A stretch of 62,550 nt of DNA, counting the filler, from Dimorphilus gyrociliatus (Eukaryota > Animalia > Annelida), in assembly GCA_904063045.1 (NCBI GenBank). It is 3 parts of 3 records of this genome, joined end to end, with 100 filler letters (N's around TTAATTAATTAA, not from the genome) between each part and the next. Parts side by side here need not be neighbours in the genome. Positions count along the whole stretch, not along the records: positions 48,131 to 62,550 come from CAJFCJ010000238.1; 2 more parts are not named here. One strand, given 5' to 3'. The first letter of the stretch is position 1; every line of letters begins with the position of its first letter. Shown here one piece after another: positions 48,131-58,415 of this stretch. Below the pieces are notes generated by a model. The model ran no database searches. It was given only the letters and a program-made list of their open reading frames with translations, and was not told where the DNA came from. The position numbers and the translations under genes were made by a program.

Positions 48131-48360
48131 GCGATGCAGATATTTTAAACCAATCTCTGGATATGAAAGAAGGTGAACTGATCATTTACGATAACAACAA
48201 TCGATTAGTAGAAAGTTTAAAAATCACATCTGATTTAAGTTTAGATGAAATTTTAAAATCGAGCATTCAACGACATCAAACAGCACATATACGTTACCTT
48301 GTTTTTAATATTACAGGAACAACGTCATCCATTCGTGGAAAAATTTTATTTGAAGATTAA
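48131..48360 (+). CDS. 3' end of a bacterial protein, possibly a T9SS C-terminal-like domain
   Basis: Partial ORF (ELIIYDNNNRLVE..YLVFNI..GKILFED) followed by a terminator. Confidence 0.4.
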
Positions 48361-48369
48361 TCACCCTTA

Positions 48370-48400
48370 ACGACTACCCCTCTTTTGGGGTAGTTGTTTT
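48370..48400 (+). terminator. Intrinsic terminator
   Basis: Hairpin ACGACTACCCC-TCTTTT-GGGGTAGTTGT plus T tract. Confidence 0.75.
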
Positions 48401-48682
48401 CCTTTATTTCTTCACTAAATTATTTAACCTGTACAACCTTCACCTAAAATACTTCCTTCATTCCAAGCATCAAAATCATCTAAAAACTAATACTTACCCT
48501 CCCCTACAAGTAATTTCCACCTGTTTCTTAAAACAGGTAATTACCTCGTTTTATTTCTTACCTAAGCCCGCTACGTTTATGGTGCTCAAATGTGCTCTGG
48601 TTTATGGCTCTCCACAAGTGTATAAACACGACACTAAATCAAACATTTAACAACACTATAAACAAACATTTAATTCACTACT

Positions 48683-49501
48683 ATGAACAACTTAATTTCA
48701 ATTATTTCGCCAGTGATTGATCAAATGGAAGAGTCCCATATCAAATCACAATTGTCAGCCTATTTCCCATTGCAAAAAGAGCAATTTTCAACCATCGAAA
48801 ATGCATTTAGAGCACTTACATCTGGAAAACAAGACTCGGACACACTCAGATCATTCTTTAAAAGCTGGAGTCAAACCAACAACAGCGCTGTAACCGTTGC
48901 CGGATTAAGTAATCGTATGACCATGATAATCCATAAAGATCAACCGGTAGGTAGTGAGCACGATCTATTTAAATCTGTGGCCAGTTTGAATCGAATTGTT
49001 GATGAAGATTTAGCCGTAGTCGGACATGTGTTACACTCTAAATTATTCTATACTATGGCCACCAGCATCTCTGGTGATGATTCATGGCTTTCGAATAAAT
49101 ACCTGAATACCGAAGCCATCAACTTTAAAGCCTGGAAAGACAAAAACTCTCTACGTAATAAAGACATTATGATTGGGCTCTTGACTACACTGGTGCATGA
49201 AATTTACACACATGGTGAAGTAGAGTTTATCATCCCTTTATTTGAGAGCTGGTTAAAAGCCGAAACAGACTTCTCTGATTCAGAAATTAAAAAATCATTG
49301 GCATGGATTAGTGTCCATTGCGGACCAACAGAAAAAAACCATTTCTTCCATGCAGTAGATGCCGTGAATTCATTCTCCAAAGCTTTCGACATCAATATTA
49401 ACGATTATGATTTGCAACAAATCATTACCGACTATTTGGACCTAAAATCCAAAGTTATGGCCACTTTAAATGCCCAAATCGCTGAGGAAAGTTTAGTGTA
49501 A
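48683..49501 (+). CDS. Heme-oxygenase-like diiron oxidase (TenA/PqqC/CADD-fold) family protein
   Basis: All-helical 272 aa with spaced Glu/His clusters: VDEDL..HVLH, HEIYTHGEVE and WISVH..TEKNH. Confidence 0.65.
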   Translation: MNNLISIISPVIDQMEESHIKSQLSAYFPLQKEQFSTIENAFRALTSGKQDSDTLRSFFKSWSQTNNSAVTVAGLSNRMTMIIHKDQPVGSEHDLFKSVASLNRIVDEDLAVVGHVLHSKLFYTMATSISGDDSWLSNKYLNTEAINFKAWKDKNSLRNKDIMIGLLTTLVHEIYTHGEVEFIIPLFESWLKAETDFSDSEIKKSLAWISVHCGPTEKNHFFHAVDAVNSFSKAFDININDYDLQQIITDYLDLKSKVMATLNAQIAEESLV

Positions 49502-49519
49502 TCTTCATAAAAACCACAC

Positions 49520-50776
49520 ATGAATATCCCAAAAGAAATTGAAGATCCATTCGTCATTGCACACTCCAAAGCGCATTTGAATTATTCTGATCTATTACCG
49601 CAACTAGAGAAATATTTTAAGAATATTCCCTTCAACGGTAAGAATACATTTATGAATGTTCCGGTAGAAGTAGATGCTCCACAGTTAGAGTCCTACCGCA
49701 AATTATGTGGTATTCTGGAGCGCGCACTTCATCAGGTCGTGTCTCATTATTTCGAAGATGACCGAATTCGAGACATCTACAGGCTAGATGCCGAATTGGA
49801 ATCTATCTTACAAATCGCAGCCCCTACTCCATATAAAGTGGGGCTTTATAGACCCGACTTTGTCATCGATAAAAACGGGCAATCCAGGATTTGTGAAATA
49901 GGTTGTAGATACCCGTTAAACGGTTGGATGCTGAGCTATTATATGAATTTGATTATGGACAAATTCTCTGGTCCGGATTGGCAAGCTATTCCGAATCAGA
50001 CTCAATTTGTTCAGGAGATTTCCGAAGGTCTGGATTTCACGCAACCGCTGTACTATGTACATGAAGATGAAAAGGGTACCGAAGCTTATCAGTTTTTTGA
50101 TGAATTGAATACACACGGGTTTGCTATCGCTGATATTTCACCAAAGAAATTGAAAGTTAGCAATGGTAAACTCACTGTAAATGGAGCACCTGTTACACAA
50201 CTCATTCTTGAAATGGATCGTGAGGAACTCAAACGAATCAACCCCGAAGTAATCCAGGCACTTGTTCAATCAAAAAAGTGCTTGAATGACGTACGCTCTC
50301 TGATTCTGGTTCATGATAAACGTGTACTGTCGGTATTATATAATCAAGACATTATGTTGGACTATATAAATGAAGAAGACTACAACTTTTTGAGACGTTT
50401 TCTTATTCCTTCATATACGCTGGATTCTGAACAAATAAGACATCAAATCATGCACTCCACCTCCAATTGGGCTCTCAAAAAAAATAGCGGAGGTCGTGGA
50501 ATTGATATTTATGTAAAAGATGATTGTACTACGAAAGCCTGGATTGAGGTTATTACCCGGGAATGGCCCCACTATATGGTTCAGGAATATGTCGATCAGA
50601 AGGTATTTGAACTGAAGCAAAATGATCAGACAGAATCAATAAATATCGTAGGTATGCTCTTATGTTATAATGATCAGTTCTTTGGCACAGGAATTTTCAG
50701 AGGTTCATCCAAAAGCGTGATCAATGTACATAGTGGTGGTTATATTTTACCTGGTATTACATCTCATTTGCCATGA
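49520..50776 (+). CDS. Circularly permuted ATP-grasp (glutathionylspermidine-synthase-like) ligase
   Basis: YRPDF..RICEIG, HDKRVL, WALKKNSGGRGIDI, YMVQEYV and VINVHSGG. Confidence 0.75.
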   Translation: MNIPKEIEDPFVIAHSKAHLNYSDLLPQLEKYFKNIPFNGKNTFMNVPVEVDAPQLESYRKLCGILERALHQVVSHYFEDDRIRDIYRLDAELESILQIAAPTPYKVGLYRPDFVIDKNGQSRICEIGCRYPLNGWMLSYYMNLIMDKFSGPDWQAIPNQTQFVQEISEGLDFTQPLYYVHEDEKGTEAYQFFDELNTHGFAIADISPKKLKVSNGKLTVNGAPVTQLILEMDREELKRINPEVIQALVQSKKCLNDVRSLILVHDKRVLSVLYNQDIMLDYINEEDYNFLRRFLIPSYTLDSEQIRHQIMHSTSNWALKKNSGGRGIDIYVKDDCTTKAWIEVITREWPHYMVQEYVDQKVFELKQNDQTESINIVGMLLCYNDQFFGTGIFRGSSKSVINVHSGGYILPGITSHLP

Positions 50777-51708
50777 ATTTCTCCATAGTAATTCCGCTAT
50801 ACAACAAAGAGGATTATGTTGAAGAAACATTGCAATCCGTTTTTGACCAAACCAAACTACCGAGTGAACTGATTATTGTAGATGATCAAAGTACGGATGG
50901 GAGTTTGCAAAAAGCAAGAGATTTTTTGGATCGTCTTCCTTCTAAATTTAATGATGTTCGTATTGAAATCATTGAACTGGAAAAAAATGGAGGCGTGGGA
51001 CGCGCACGTAACATTGGTTTTGAAAAAACAACCGGAGATGTTGTCAGTTTCTTGGATGCGGATGATATTTATGCTCCTGATTTGCTCCAAACCACTGATG
51101 AGTTAATGTCATTACATGATATCGATTTTCTTGTGGTCGGGATTCATCTATTTCCAAGCAATGAAATCTCACCTGATTTAAGGAAACTTAATCAAAAACT
51201 CACGACCATTATACCAGATGCCTATCGTATGGATGAACCATTAAAGGTAGTCACATCTATGGAGTTTTTAATGGGTGTGGGCAGCAACCTACTGGTTCAA
51301 AGGAAATGGATGAAAGCATTTATGTTCTATGAGAAACCCAATTTTTATGAAGGCATCGATTACTGGTTTCGCGTTTTAAAGCATATTCTCAAACACAAAA
51401 GTGGAAGCATTGGACTTTTAATGGGAGAACGACTTAAAGTACGAGAAGTTCCCGGTAGTGCCTCCCGCAAACGGTTTAATCATTGGAAGGAAGCCCATTA
51501 CCCACCTCTTCTTATCTCATTTAAAGGAAGTCGCGATACTTATGACCAATTGATGATGGGTGTAGTTGGTAAACGATGGTTACGCTATTGCATACGCAAC
51601 CTCAACTCCACTCAGCAGAAGCTTATTTTCATCTACAAATACAAATATCTGTTTTGGAATCAATTTCGATATTTCTTACTCCGAAACTTTCTTCAATTAA
51701 AATCTTAA
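50773..51708 (+). CDS. Glycosyltransferase family 2
   Basis: SIVIPLYNK, IIVDDQSTDGS, ARNIG and FLDADD. Confidence 0.9.
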   Translation: MNFSIVIPLYNKEDYVEETLQSVFDQTKLPSELIIVDDQSTDGSLQKARDFLDRLPSKFNDVRIEIIELEKNGGVGRARNIGFEKTTGDVVSFLDADDIYAPDLLQTTDELMSLHDIDFLVVGIHLFPSNEISPDLRKLNQKLTTIIPDAYRMDEPLKVVTSMEFLMGVGSNLLVQRKWMKAFMFYEKPNFYEGIDYWFRVLKHILKHKSGSIGLLMGERLKVREVPGSASRKRFNHWKEAHYPPLLISFKGSRDTYDQLMMGVVGKRWLRYCIRNLNSTQQKLIFIYKYKYLFWNQFRYFLLRNFLQLKS

Positions 51709-51709
51709 C

Positions 51710-52885
51710 ATGATAGACCAAAGGTTACAAGATTATTTTTCCGTTGTAAGAGAATCATCTCTTTTCAAAAAGTATTACCAAAATGTAAATGAGACCTCCA
51801 CAGTACCTGTAATGGAAAAACATGTCCTTCGGGATGTGCTGGAAACTGAATTCAATCTTCAGTCAGAAACCAAAGGCGTATATCTGGTACGTTCCGGAGG
51901 GTCTACAGACAAACCTCTGATTTTCCCGGTAGATATTCAGGAGAATTTATATCAGCGTGAATTATTGGCTCAACAACTCATTCAGTATGGTATGTTTTCA
52001 TCCCAAACCATTGCTTTAAACTTGTTTAGCTATTGTGATATGTATCGCTCTGCAGGAATACTGGACGATATTCTGGAACGATGTCAGGCCACGACTATAC
52101 CATTGGGCTCAAAATCTTCATTTGACTTTATGCATACCACTTGCCTTAAGTTTAAACCCAACATGTTAATCGGAACACCATCGGTGCTTACTTTGTTTGC
52201 CCAATATCTATCAGAGCAGAATCTCAGTATTTCTGTAGATCACTTGATGTTTGCCGGAGAATATGTACTGGATTCTCAGGTAAAACTGTTCCAAAAGGTA
52301 TTCCATACACAACGTATATATTCCCTTTACGGATCGGCCGAAACCGGAATCTGGGGATGGTCTACCTATTCTGGTCCATCCACCTCGTTTGAAATTTTAG
52401 ACGACATTATTGTTGAAATCGCAAACCCGGATACCGCAGGAAACGGGACTATAATTGTTACCAATCTGCTGCGAAAACGTTTCCCTGTTTTTAGATATAC
52501 CATGGGTGATATTGGACGTCTGGAATACAAAAACAACAAACGCATACTGACATTAAAATCCAGAGAACCCAAATCATTTTCCATTGAGGCCAACTCTTAT
52601 TTTTTAAACGATTTTGACGGTCTTTTAAACCTGATAGATCGATTTCAAATTCAACTGTATAATGTTTCTGCGGTTTTGACTCGTTTGAAGTTTTTAATTG
52701 TCAAAGCAGATTGTAAAAAAGATGAAACACATGATATAGAACAAATGGTAATACATGCATTACATCAAACCTTGGACCTGAATCCTTCATTTTTACAATT
52801 AGAAGTGGAATTGGTTTCTGAGTCTGATTTATATGCCAATCCTACAACATCAAAAACACCTGCGATAGTTGATTTCAGAGATTAA
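51710..52885 (+). CDS. Phenylacetate-CoA-ligase-like (PaaK/CapK-type) adenylating enzyme
   Basis: RSGGST, YSLYGSAETG, VTNL..FPVFRYTMGD. Confidence 0.8.
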   Translation: MIDQRLQDYFSVVRESSLFKKYYQNVNETSTVPVMEKHVLRDVLETEFNLQSETKGVYLVRSGGSTDKPLIFPVDIQENLYQRELLAQQLIQYGMFSSQTIALNLFSYCDMYRSAGILDDILERCQATTIPLGSKSSFDFMHTTCLKFKPNMLIGTPSVLTLFAQYLSEQNLSISVDHLMFAGEYVLDSQVKLFQKVFHTQRIYSLYGSAETGIWGWSTYSGPSTSFEILDDIIVEIANPDTAGNGTIIVTNLLRKRFPVFRYTMGDIGRLEYKNNKRILTLKSREPKSFSIEANSYFLNDFDGLLNLIDRFQIQLYNVSAVLTRLKFLIVKADCKKDETHDIEQMVIHALHQTLDLNPSFLQLEVELVSESDLYANPTTSKTPAIVDFRD

Positions 52886-52889
52886 TCCT

Positions 52890-53639
52890 ATGATACCAAA
52901 TACAAATCTCCAAATTGAACTTTTTGTGCTTTGTTTTAATGAAGCCCAAATGATTCGGCATACGTTAAACTACTATTCCCGAATCTGCTCTAAAATCACG
53001 GTTATCAATAATCAAAGTACTGATGACTCCATACAACTCGCCAGTCACTTCAAAAATGTAAAAATCAAATCTCTGGATTCCGGAAACGAATTTATCGAAG
53101 ACGTGCTCACCGAATCCCGAAATAATTGTTGGAAGGGAAGCACAGCTGATTATGTCATTGTGTGTGATATGGATGAATTTCTTTACGATGATCATTTAAT
53201 CGAAAAACTACTTCTGGCTAAGAGTCAGCGGATCGCTATTCCTATGATTGTGGGTTACAACATGATGAGTCCTGAATTTCCGGCCAACTATGAAAAACTT
53301 ATTACCCAACAAGTCAAGCATGGTGTCAAGTCCTGTCGCTTCGATAAGAACATCATTTTTGACCCTAAAAGAGTTAAGGAAATAAACTATAGGCCCGGAG
53401 CACATATTTGCTATCCGGAGTTTTACGAAGGCATCATTGTAGAACCATTAATAGAACTGAAACTATTGCACTACAAATATCTTGGACGGGATTATTTATA
53501 TACAAAACATGAAGGTTATGTCAATAGAATGAGTGACATCAGCAAAGAAAAGCGACATGGATATGAATATCTGGATGGCAACGATCACGTAGATCGTGTT
53601 TTCGATTCATCCAACCACTTAACCCAAATCATCAACTAA
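52890..53639 (+). CDS. GT-A fold glycosyltransferase (family 2-like)
   Basis: VINNQSTDDS, YVIVCDMDEFL and LLHYKY. ATG at 52890. Confidence 0.75.
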   Translation: MIPNTNLQIELFVLCFNEAQMIRHTLNYYSRICSKITVINNQSTDDSIQLASHFKNVKIKSLDSGNEFIEDVLTESRNNCWKGSTADYVIVCDMDEFLYDDHLIEKLLLAKSQRIAIPMIVGYNMMSPEFPANYEKLITQQVKHGVKSCRFDKNIIFDPKRVKEINYRPGAHICYPEFYEGIIVEPLIELKLLHYKYLGRDYLYTKHEGYVNRMSDISKEKRHGYEYLDGNDHVDRVFDSSNHLTQIIN

Positions 53640-53653
53640 AACATGAATACAAA

Positions 53654-54622
53654 ATGGACTTTACAATAGAATTTACATCAGGAGGAAATCATGGACATCA
53701 ATTAAAAGACGCCTTAGGAGGTTTAACCATTGGTCGATTAATGCACCTAAATTTCGTCCACACTCCGTATGAATACCTGGATTATTTTGGATTTGGCTAT
53801 CAATCTCCAGTAGTAAAAAAATCTGAGCGTTTATTGAAATACAAACGCGTAGTTCCTGTGGATGGCCCGTTATGGTGTGGGATAGATGATTATGCGGAAC
53901 TATTGGAATACTTTGACCAGGCACTTCCCCAAAGAGATGATGAGACTTTGGTTGTATTTGGAAATGCCTTAAGAATCCATCCTTTTCAAACGATTCCCTG
54001 GCATTTGGAAGGAAAAACACAGCGTAACATATTTTCAGAAATCCAACAAGAAGCATCTCATAAGTTCAATGCATTGCATTCTTTAAGTATTTCAGACTTA
54101 AAATCCCCCATTGAAGTGGCCATGCACATTAATCGCGGAACGGATTATGACAAAGAAAAATTTCCACATCACTTTAGTACTCCTTTTGCGGTGAGATATA
54201 TGTTTGATATGGATTATTATGAAAATATCCTTCTACACATAGAAAAAGCTTATGGCGTGGGTAATGTGCGTTTTAATATCTACACAGAAAAGGAAAATTC
54301 CGAGGCTATTATAAATCGTTTTAATGATAGAAAACACACTACTGTGCATATTGGATCCAATCGTGAAGAAAAAAACTACGATCAGATTCATGCCATTTTT
54401 AAAGCCTTTGTTGAAGCCGATATCCTGGTGTGTTCGAATAGCAGCTTTTCAGTCATGTGTGCTTATTTCCGAAAAGGCAGAAAAACGATTTATCATCCAC
54501 ATCTTCAATTAAGATATCTACCGGAACCTAATTATATAGCCACAGATGAACAAGGTCATTTAGATATTGAACTACTGCAACAGGAAATTATCGCAGATCG
54601 GTATTTGACCCCGGTCATTTAG
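53654..54622 (+). CDS. Fucosyltransferase-like (GT11/GT23-type) glycosyltransferase
   Basis: GNHGHQL, VAMHINRGTDY and ADILVCSNSSFS resemble the GT11 motifs GNQMFQ, HVRRGDY and NSTFSWW. Confidence 0.6.
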   Translation: MDFTIEFTSGGNHGHQLKDALGGLTIGRLMHLNFVHTPYEYLDYFGFGYQSPVVKKSERLLKYKRVVPVDGPLWCGIDDYAELLEYFDQALPQRDDETLVVFGNALRIHPFQTIPWHLEGKTQRNIFSEIQQEASHKFNALHSLSISDLKSPIEVAMHINRGTDYDKEKFPHHFSTPFAVRYMFDMDYYENILLHIEKAYGVGNVRFNIYTEKENSEAIINRFNDRKHTTVHIGSNREEKNYDQIHAIFKAFVEADILVCSNSSFSVMCAYFRKGRKTIYHPHLQLRYLPEPNYIATDEQGHLDIELLQQEIIADRYLTPVI

Positions 54623-54646
54623 ATCAAAATCTTTTAAATGCTACTC

Positions 54647-55036
54647 TTATTTTGAAATACTCTTTCGTTCTAATCTCCAGGTCACCCATGAAAAGAAAAT
54701 AATCCCGACCGCATCGGCTATCACATCTACATAGTCCATATTCCTGGTAGGTAACCAGCCTTGACTTAATTCCTCCAGGACGGCAAAAACTGCAATTAAT
54801 ACCGCTCCCAAATACGGTTTAAAGCTAAAAAATGAAATCCGTTTAAACTTCAAAGCTAGATTCACCAGTAAAGTTAGTACTCCATATAAAATGCAATGCC
54901 CCCATTTATCCGGATACGGCAAAAAACGAATCATTTTGGTAAATACCAATGTTCCCCCAGTATCAACAGTATAGATAATCCAAAAAATAAATAATGCAAA
55001 GGTAGCGGCAAGTATATTTATAGCCTTTGATTTCAT
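54647..55036 (-). CDS. VanZ-like membrane protein
   Basis: DKWGH..YG, EELSQ..PTR..D..DVIADAVG. Confidence 0.85.
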   Translation of the reverse strand: MKSKAINILAATFALFIFWIIYTVDTGGTLVFTKMIRFLPYPDKWGHCILYGVLTLLVNLALKFKRISFFSFKPYLGAVLIAVFAVLEELSQGWLPTRNMDYVDVIADAVGIIFFSWVTWRLERKSISK

Positions 55037-55137
55037 GCCTTAGCAACGGATGTATTTTGTCAATATTGGGGACCAAATGTTAACAACTGTAAATATAATT
55101 TTAACCCGTACAAATGATCTGAAATTGAATCTGTCAT

Positions 55138-55170
55138 AAAAAAGCCCTGAAGTATCCTTCAGGGCTTTTA
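55138..55170 (-). terminator. Intrinsic terminator, probably bidirectional
   Basis: AAAGCCCTGAAG-TATC-CTTCAGGGCTTT with A/T tracts, just after the decarboxylase stop codon. Confidence 0.8.
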
Positions 55171-55177
55171 ATTTTAA

Positions 55178-56440
55178 TTACCAGTTAAGTACATCGGTAC
55201 GTTTTCCCAGACATTGTCTAACGTTCATAAGAACCGGATGATCCGGATCTTCAACAGGTTTTGCACCTACCTTAAACTGTAAATCCATTCCCGGTTCAAA
55301 AGCTAAAACAATAGAAGAACCTCCATAACCGAAGTGTCCCATATATTGTCCTTTCTCAATCATAGCTCCATTCTCAATCACATTTTCGATACTACCTACA
55401 CCCCAGAAACCAATCGCGATCATCGCCACAAGCCCTAGATTTTCAGTTTGAATCACCCAAACATAACGTTGATGCTTTCCTAATTTTTCATACCAACCTA
55501 CACGATCACTATCTGGTGGTAAGCTTGGTGCAAAATGATCTTTTGGATCATAATCTCCAAAATCATAATTGAATGAACCTTCATACAATCCCTGATCAAT
55601 TACTCTTCCTGAAACTGGTGCATGGAAATGGTGATAATCCGTAAACCAAAGTAAAATATCTAACAATGGTCCACCCAGGAAATATCCACCATATCCTGGA
55701 ATCGCCTGTAATAAATCAAAACGATCTGATTTACCCGGTAAATTGTACGTTTTGTTCGCCACCTTTGCAGCATCCTCAGCATTCTCTATGATATTTCCAC
55801 GCGTCAAGTAAAAGATTCCTCCGTCACATGGTGCAGCAATGACATCTTCAGTTGGACCTGCAGTACACAAAGGTCTTTGGCCTTCTTTCAAGTTACGCAA
55901 GAAGAACTGATTAAAAGAAGCAAATCCGCCTGTTGGGACTTCATAATCATCGATGTTAAAAGGATGTGCATTCGTACCTTTATACGTCATCCATTGGCTT
56001 AAAGTAGCTGTAGAAGATGTACTATTGATCCAGTCTCCATGGAAATTTAAAAACTCACGGAACCATGGTTTAAAATCCGTATCATTTACTAAAATTAATC
56101 CTGAATCAGTATTCACCAGGTAATCCCAGTATACAATGTACTTTCCAGGACCTTCTGGCGTCTCTGGAGTTGTTGGTGGTGGTGTAAAAGTCAACCACTC
56201 TGTAAAAAAGTCCTTCAGGTTTTTTTCACCATATAAGTAAGGCAACCAGTAAGAGGCCGTCTTACCTCTACTTTGGATACGTTGCTCTGCACATACTTGC
56301 GACAGTGCTTCCAGATATAACATATGGTTTCTCGGATTTGCAAATAGCTGCTCTAACTCAGCAATATGTTGTTGTGCCGCAGCTTCTTTTGTGTTCCAAT
56401 CTATAGGAGTTGGAAGTTTAATGGGTGTTATCTCACTCAT
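55178..56440 (-). CDS. Phosphatidylserine-decarboxylase-family pyruvoyl enzyme (long form)
   Basis: SFNQFFLR, APCDG, DYHHFHAPVSG and GHFGYGGSSIV (self-cleavage motif). Confidence 0.85.
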   Translation of the reverse strand: MSEITPIKLPTPIDWNTKEAAAQQHIAELEQLFANPRNHMLYLEALSQVCAEQRIQSRGKTASYWLPYLYGEKNLKDFFTEWLTFTPPPTTPETPEGPGKYIVYWDYLVNTDSGLILVNDTDFKPWFREFLNFHGDWINSTSSTATLSQWMTYKGTNAHPFNIDDYEVPTGGFASFNQFFLRNLKEGQRPLCTAGPTEDVIAAPCDGGIFYLTRGNIIENAEDAAKVANKTYNLPGKSDRFDLLQAIPGYGGYFLGGPLLDILLWFTDYHHFHAPVSGRVIDQGLYEGSFNYDFGDYDPKDHFAPSLPPDSDRVGWYEKLGKHQRYVWVIQTENLGLVAMIAIGFWGVGSIENVIENGAMIEKGQYMGHFGYGGSSIVLAFEPGMDLQFKVGAKPVEDPDHPVLMNVRQCLGKRTDVLNW

Positions 56441-56691
56441 AATATTTTTATTAAATTGTTATTCCCTACTCTGTTTACCACAGGGTTTTCAGGTTTTGCC
56501 CCTACAATCCAAAAAGTGATAGTAGCTACTCTAGTGAATTTTTGCTTTCGATTGCATTCCAAATCTCCTATTATATCTGAAGAATTTTAATAGTATAAAT
56601 ACCCATTTTAAAAAACGGGTATTTATACCTGAGTAGATTGACAATTTAACGGGGTGATTTATCTTTAGCCATTAATTGTATTTAATTATAA

Positions 56692-57089
56692 ATGGTGAAA
56701 ACAAATTTTGTTTGGATATTGCTTTCGACTTTAATAATAAGCTGTTCTGATTCTATTGAATTGAAGGATGGAGTTTATTTAAAGAAAAACAACCCTAAAA
56801 AATTTGAATTGATTTTTGACCGGGAAACAGAAGAAGAACGGATATATAAAAATGTTGATTCTCTATCCATTGCCCCAAATTATTATGGCTTTTTATTTTT
56901 GGAGTCAGTCCTGGGAACGCTGAGAAAAAATGGTATTATGTCACTGGTGCTTCATTAGAATTTAAAAAAGAATTTGGTTCCTGGTATGATTCCGAATTCA
57001 GAAAATATAGACTAAATGAACTCTCAAATGGCCAACAACTTTATGAGAATTTACAATCGACTGAGCAGATTTGGAATGAGCTCAACTAA
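56692..57089 (+). CDS. Hypothetical lipoprotein, probably frameshifted near 56940
   Basis: Signal peptide with ISC lipobox-like motif. The reading frame appears to continue in another frame to TAA at ~57089. Confidence 0.4.
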
Positions 57090-57122
57090 AACAACATCAT
57101 CTTAAAAAGATGATAGTCCTTT

Positions 57123-57595
57123 ATGAAAAAACACAATTACGAAGTCAAAATTGAGTGGACCGGAAACGAAGGAAATGGCACGCAAAATTATACCTCCTAT
57201 AACCGAAACCATACCATAATCGGCCAGGGAAAGTACGATCACATTCTAGCGTCATCTGATCCTTCTTTTTCAGGAGATCCTTCCAGATATAATCCGAAGA
57301 TTTGTTTTTATCATCCCTGTCCGCATGTCATATGCTTTGGTACTTACATCTGTGTTCGGTGCATAAAATTATCGTGACTGAGTATTCGGATAATGCAACC
57401 GGGGTTATGGAAGAATCTCAAAATGGAAGTGGTCAATTTACACAAGTGACACTCCATCCAACGGTTAAAATCACAGATGCCCGAATGATTCCCAAGGCCA
57501 ATCAATTACATGAAGAAGCCAACAAAATGTGTTTTATAGCCAATTCATGTAATTTTAAAATTAGACATCACCCCCGTACTACTGCCGAAAATTAA
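57123..57595 (+). CDS. OsmC-family protein split by a 1-bp frameshift near 57297
   Basis: MKKHNYEVKIEW..SSDPSFSGDPSRYNP followed by (E)DLFLSSLSACHMLWYL..CFIANSC. Confidence 0.85.
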
Positions 57596-57624
57596 ATCAC
57601 CTTTACTTTTGGATTAATACTATT

Positions 57625-58407
57625 TTGAAAACACACAAATTGCAAACAAGGACAACCAACATAAATCTCAGTGAGATCGCTGTAAAACGAATTGATCGTT
57701 ATCCCGGTCGACCAACAATCATTTTTCTACATGATTCTTTGGGATGTATTCAACTCTGGAGAGATTTTCCCGAAAAACTAGGAGAACTCACAAAATGCAA
57801 CGTATTGGTATACGATAGACAAGGTTATGGAGCATCTTGTGCTTTTTCTTATACGCAAAGAGATTTACTTTATATGGAACACGAAGCTGATATTTTAGCT
57901 GAGTTGCTAGACTATTGGGAAATTAAAGACACGCTCCTTTTTGGTCACAGCGATGGGGGTTCTATCGCTTTAATCGCAGCAGGAAAGTATCCAGAAAAAA
58001 TAAAAGGAATCATCACTGAAGGCGCCCATATTTTTGTGGAAGACGTAACGATTAACGGAATTGAAGAAGCCATCCAACTATACCAAACCACCGACTTAAA
58101 AACAAAACTGGAAAAGTATCATGGTTCAAAAACCGAAGATATGTTCTGGGCATGGGCAGCCACATGGACTACAAATGAATTTAGCCATTGGAATATTGAA
58201 AAGTTTCTACCTCATATCCAATGTCCGGCTCTGATCATTCAAGGAGAACTAGATGAATATGGCACTTTAAAACAGGTTGAAAATATTGTATCTCAAACCA
58301 ATGCGGCTATTCCATTTGTCATTCCGAATATCAAACATACACCCCATAAGGAAGTTCCGAATCTGATTTTAGACCAGGTTGGATCGTTTGTTCAACAACT
58401 TAAATAA
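57625..58407 (+). CDS. Alpha/beta hydrolase
   Basis: FLHDSLG, GHSDGG nucleophile elbow, QGELDEYG and HTPH. Confidence 0.9.
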   Translation: MKTHKLQTRTTNINLSEIAVKRIDRYPGRPTIIFLHDSLGCIQLWRDFPEKLGELTKCNVLVYDRQGYGASCAFSYTQRDLLYMEHEADILAELLDYWEIKDTLLFGHSDGGSIALIAAGKYPEKIKGIITEGAHIFVEDVTINGIEEAIQLYQTTDLKTKLEKYHGSKTEDMFWAWAATWTTNEFSHWNIEKFLPHIQCPALIIQGELDEYGTLKQVENIVSQTNAAIPFVIPNIKHTPHKEVPNLILDQVGSFVQQLK

Positions 58408-58415
58408 TACTGATT

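Noticed and set aside
48540-48680. Bacteroidota -7 promoter (TAnnTTTG) upstream of the operon
   Set aside because: Only an imperfect TACGTTTA match in AT-rich DNA, not enough to call.
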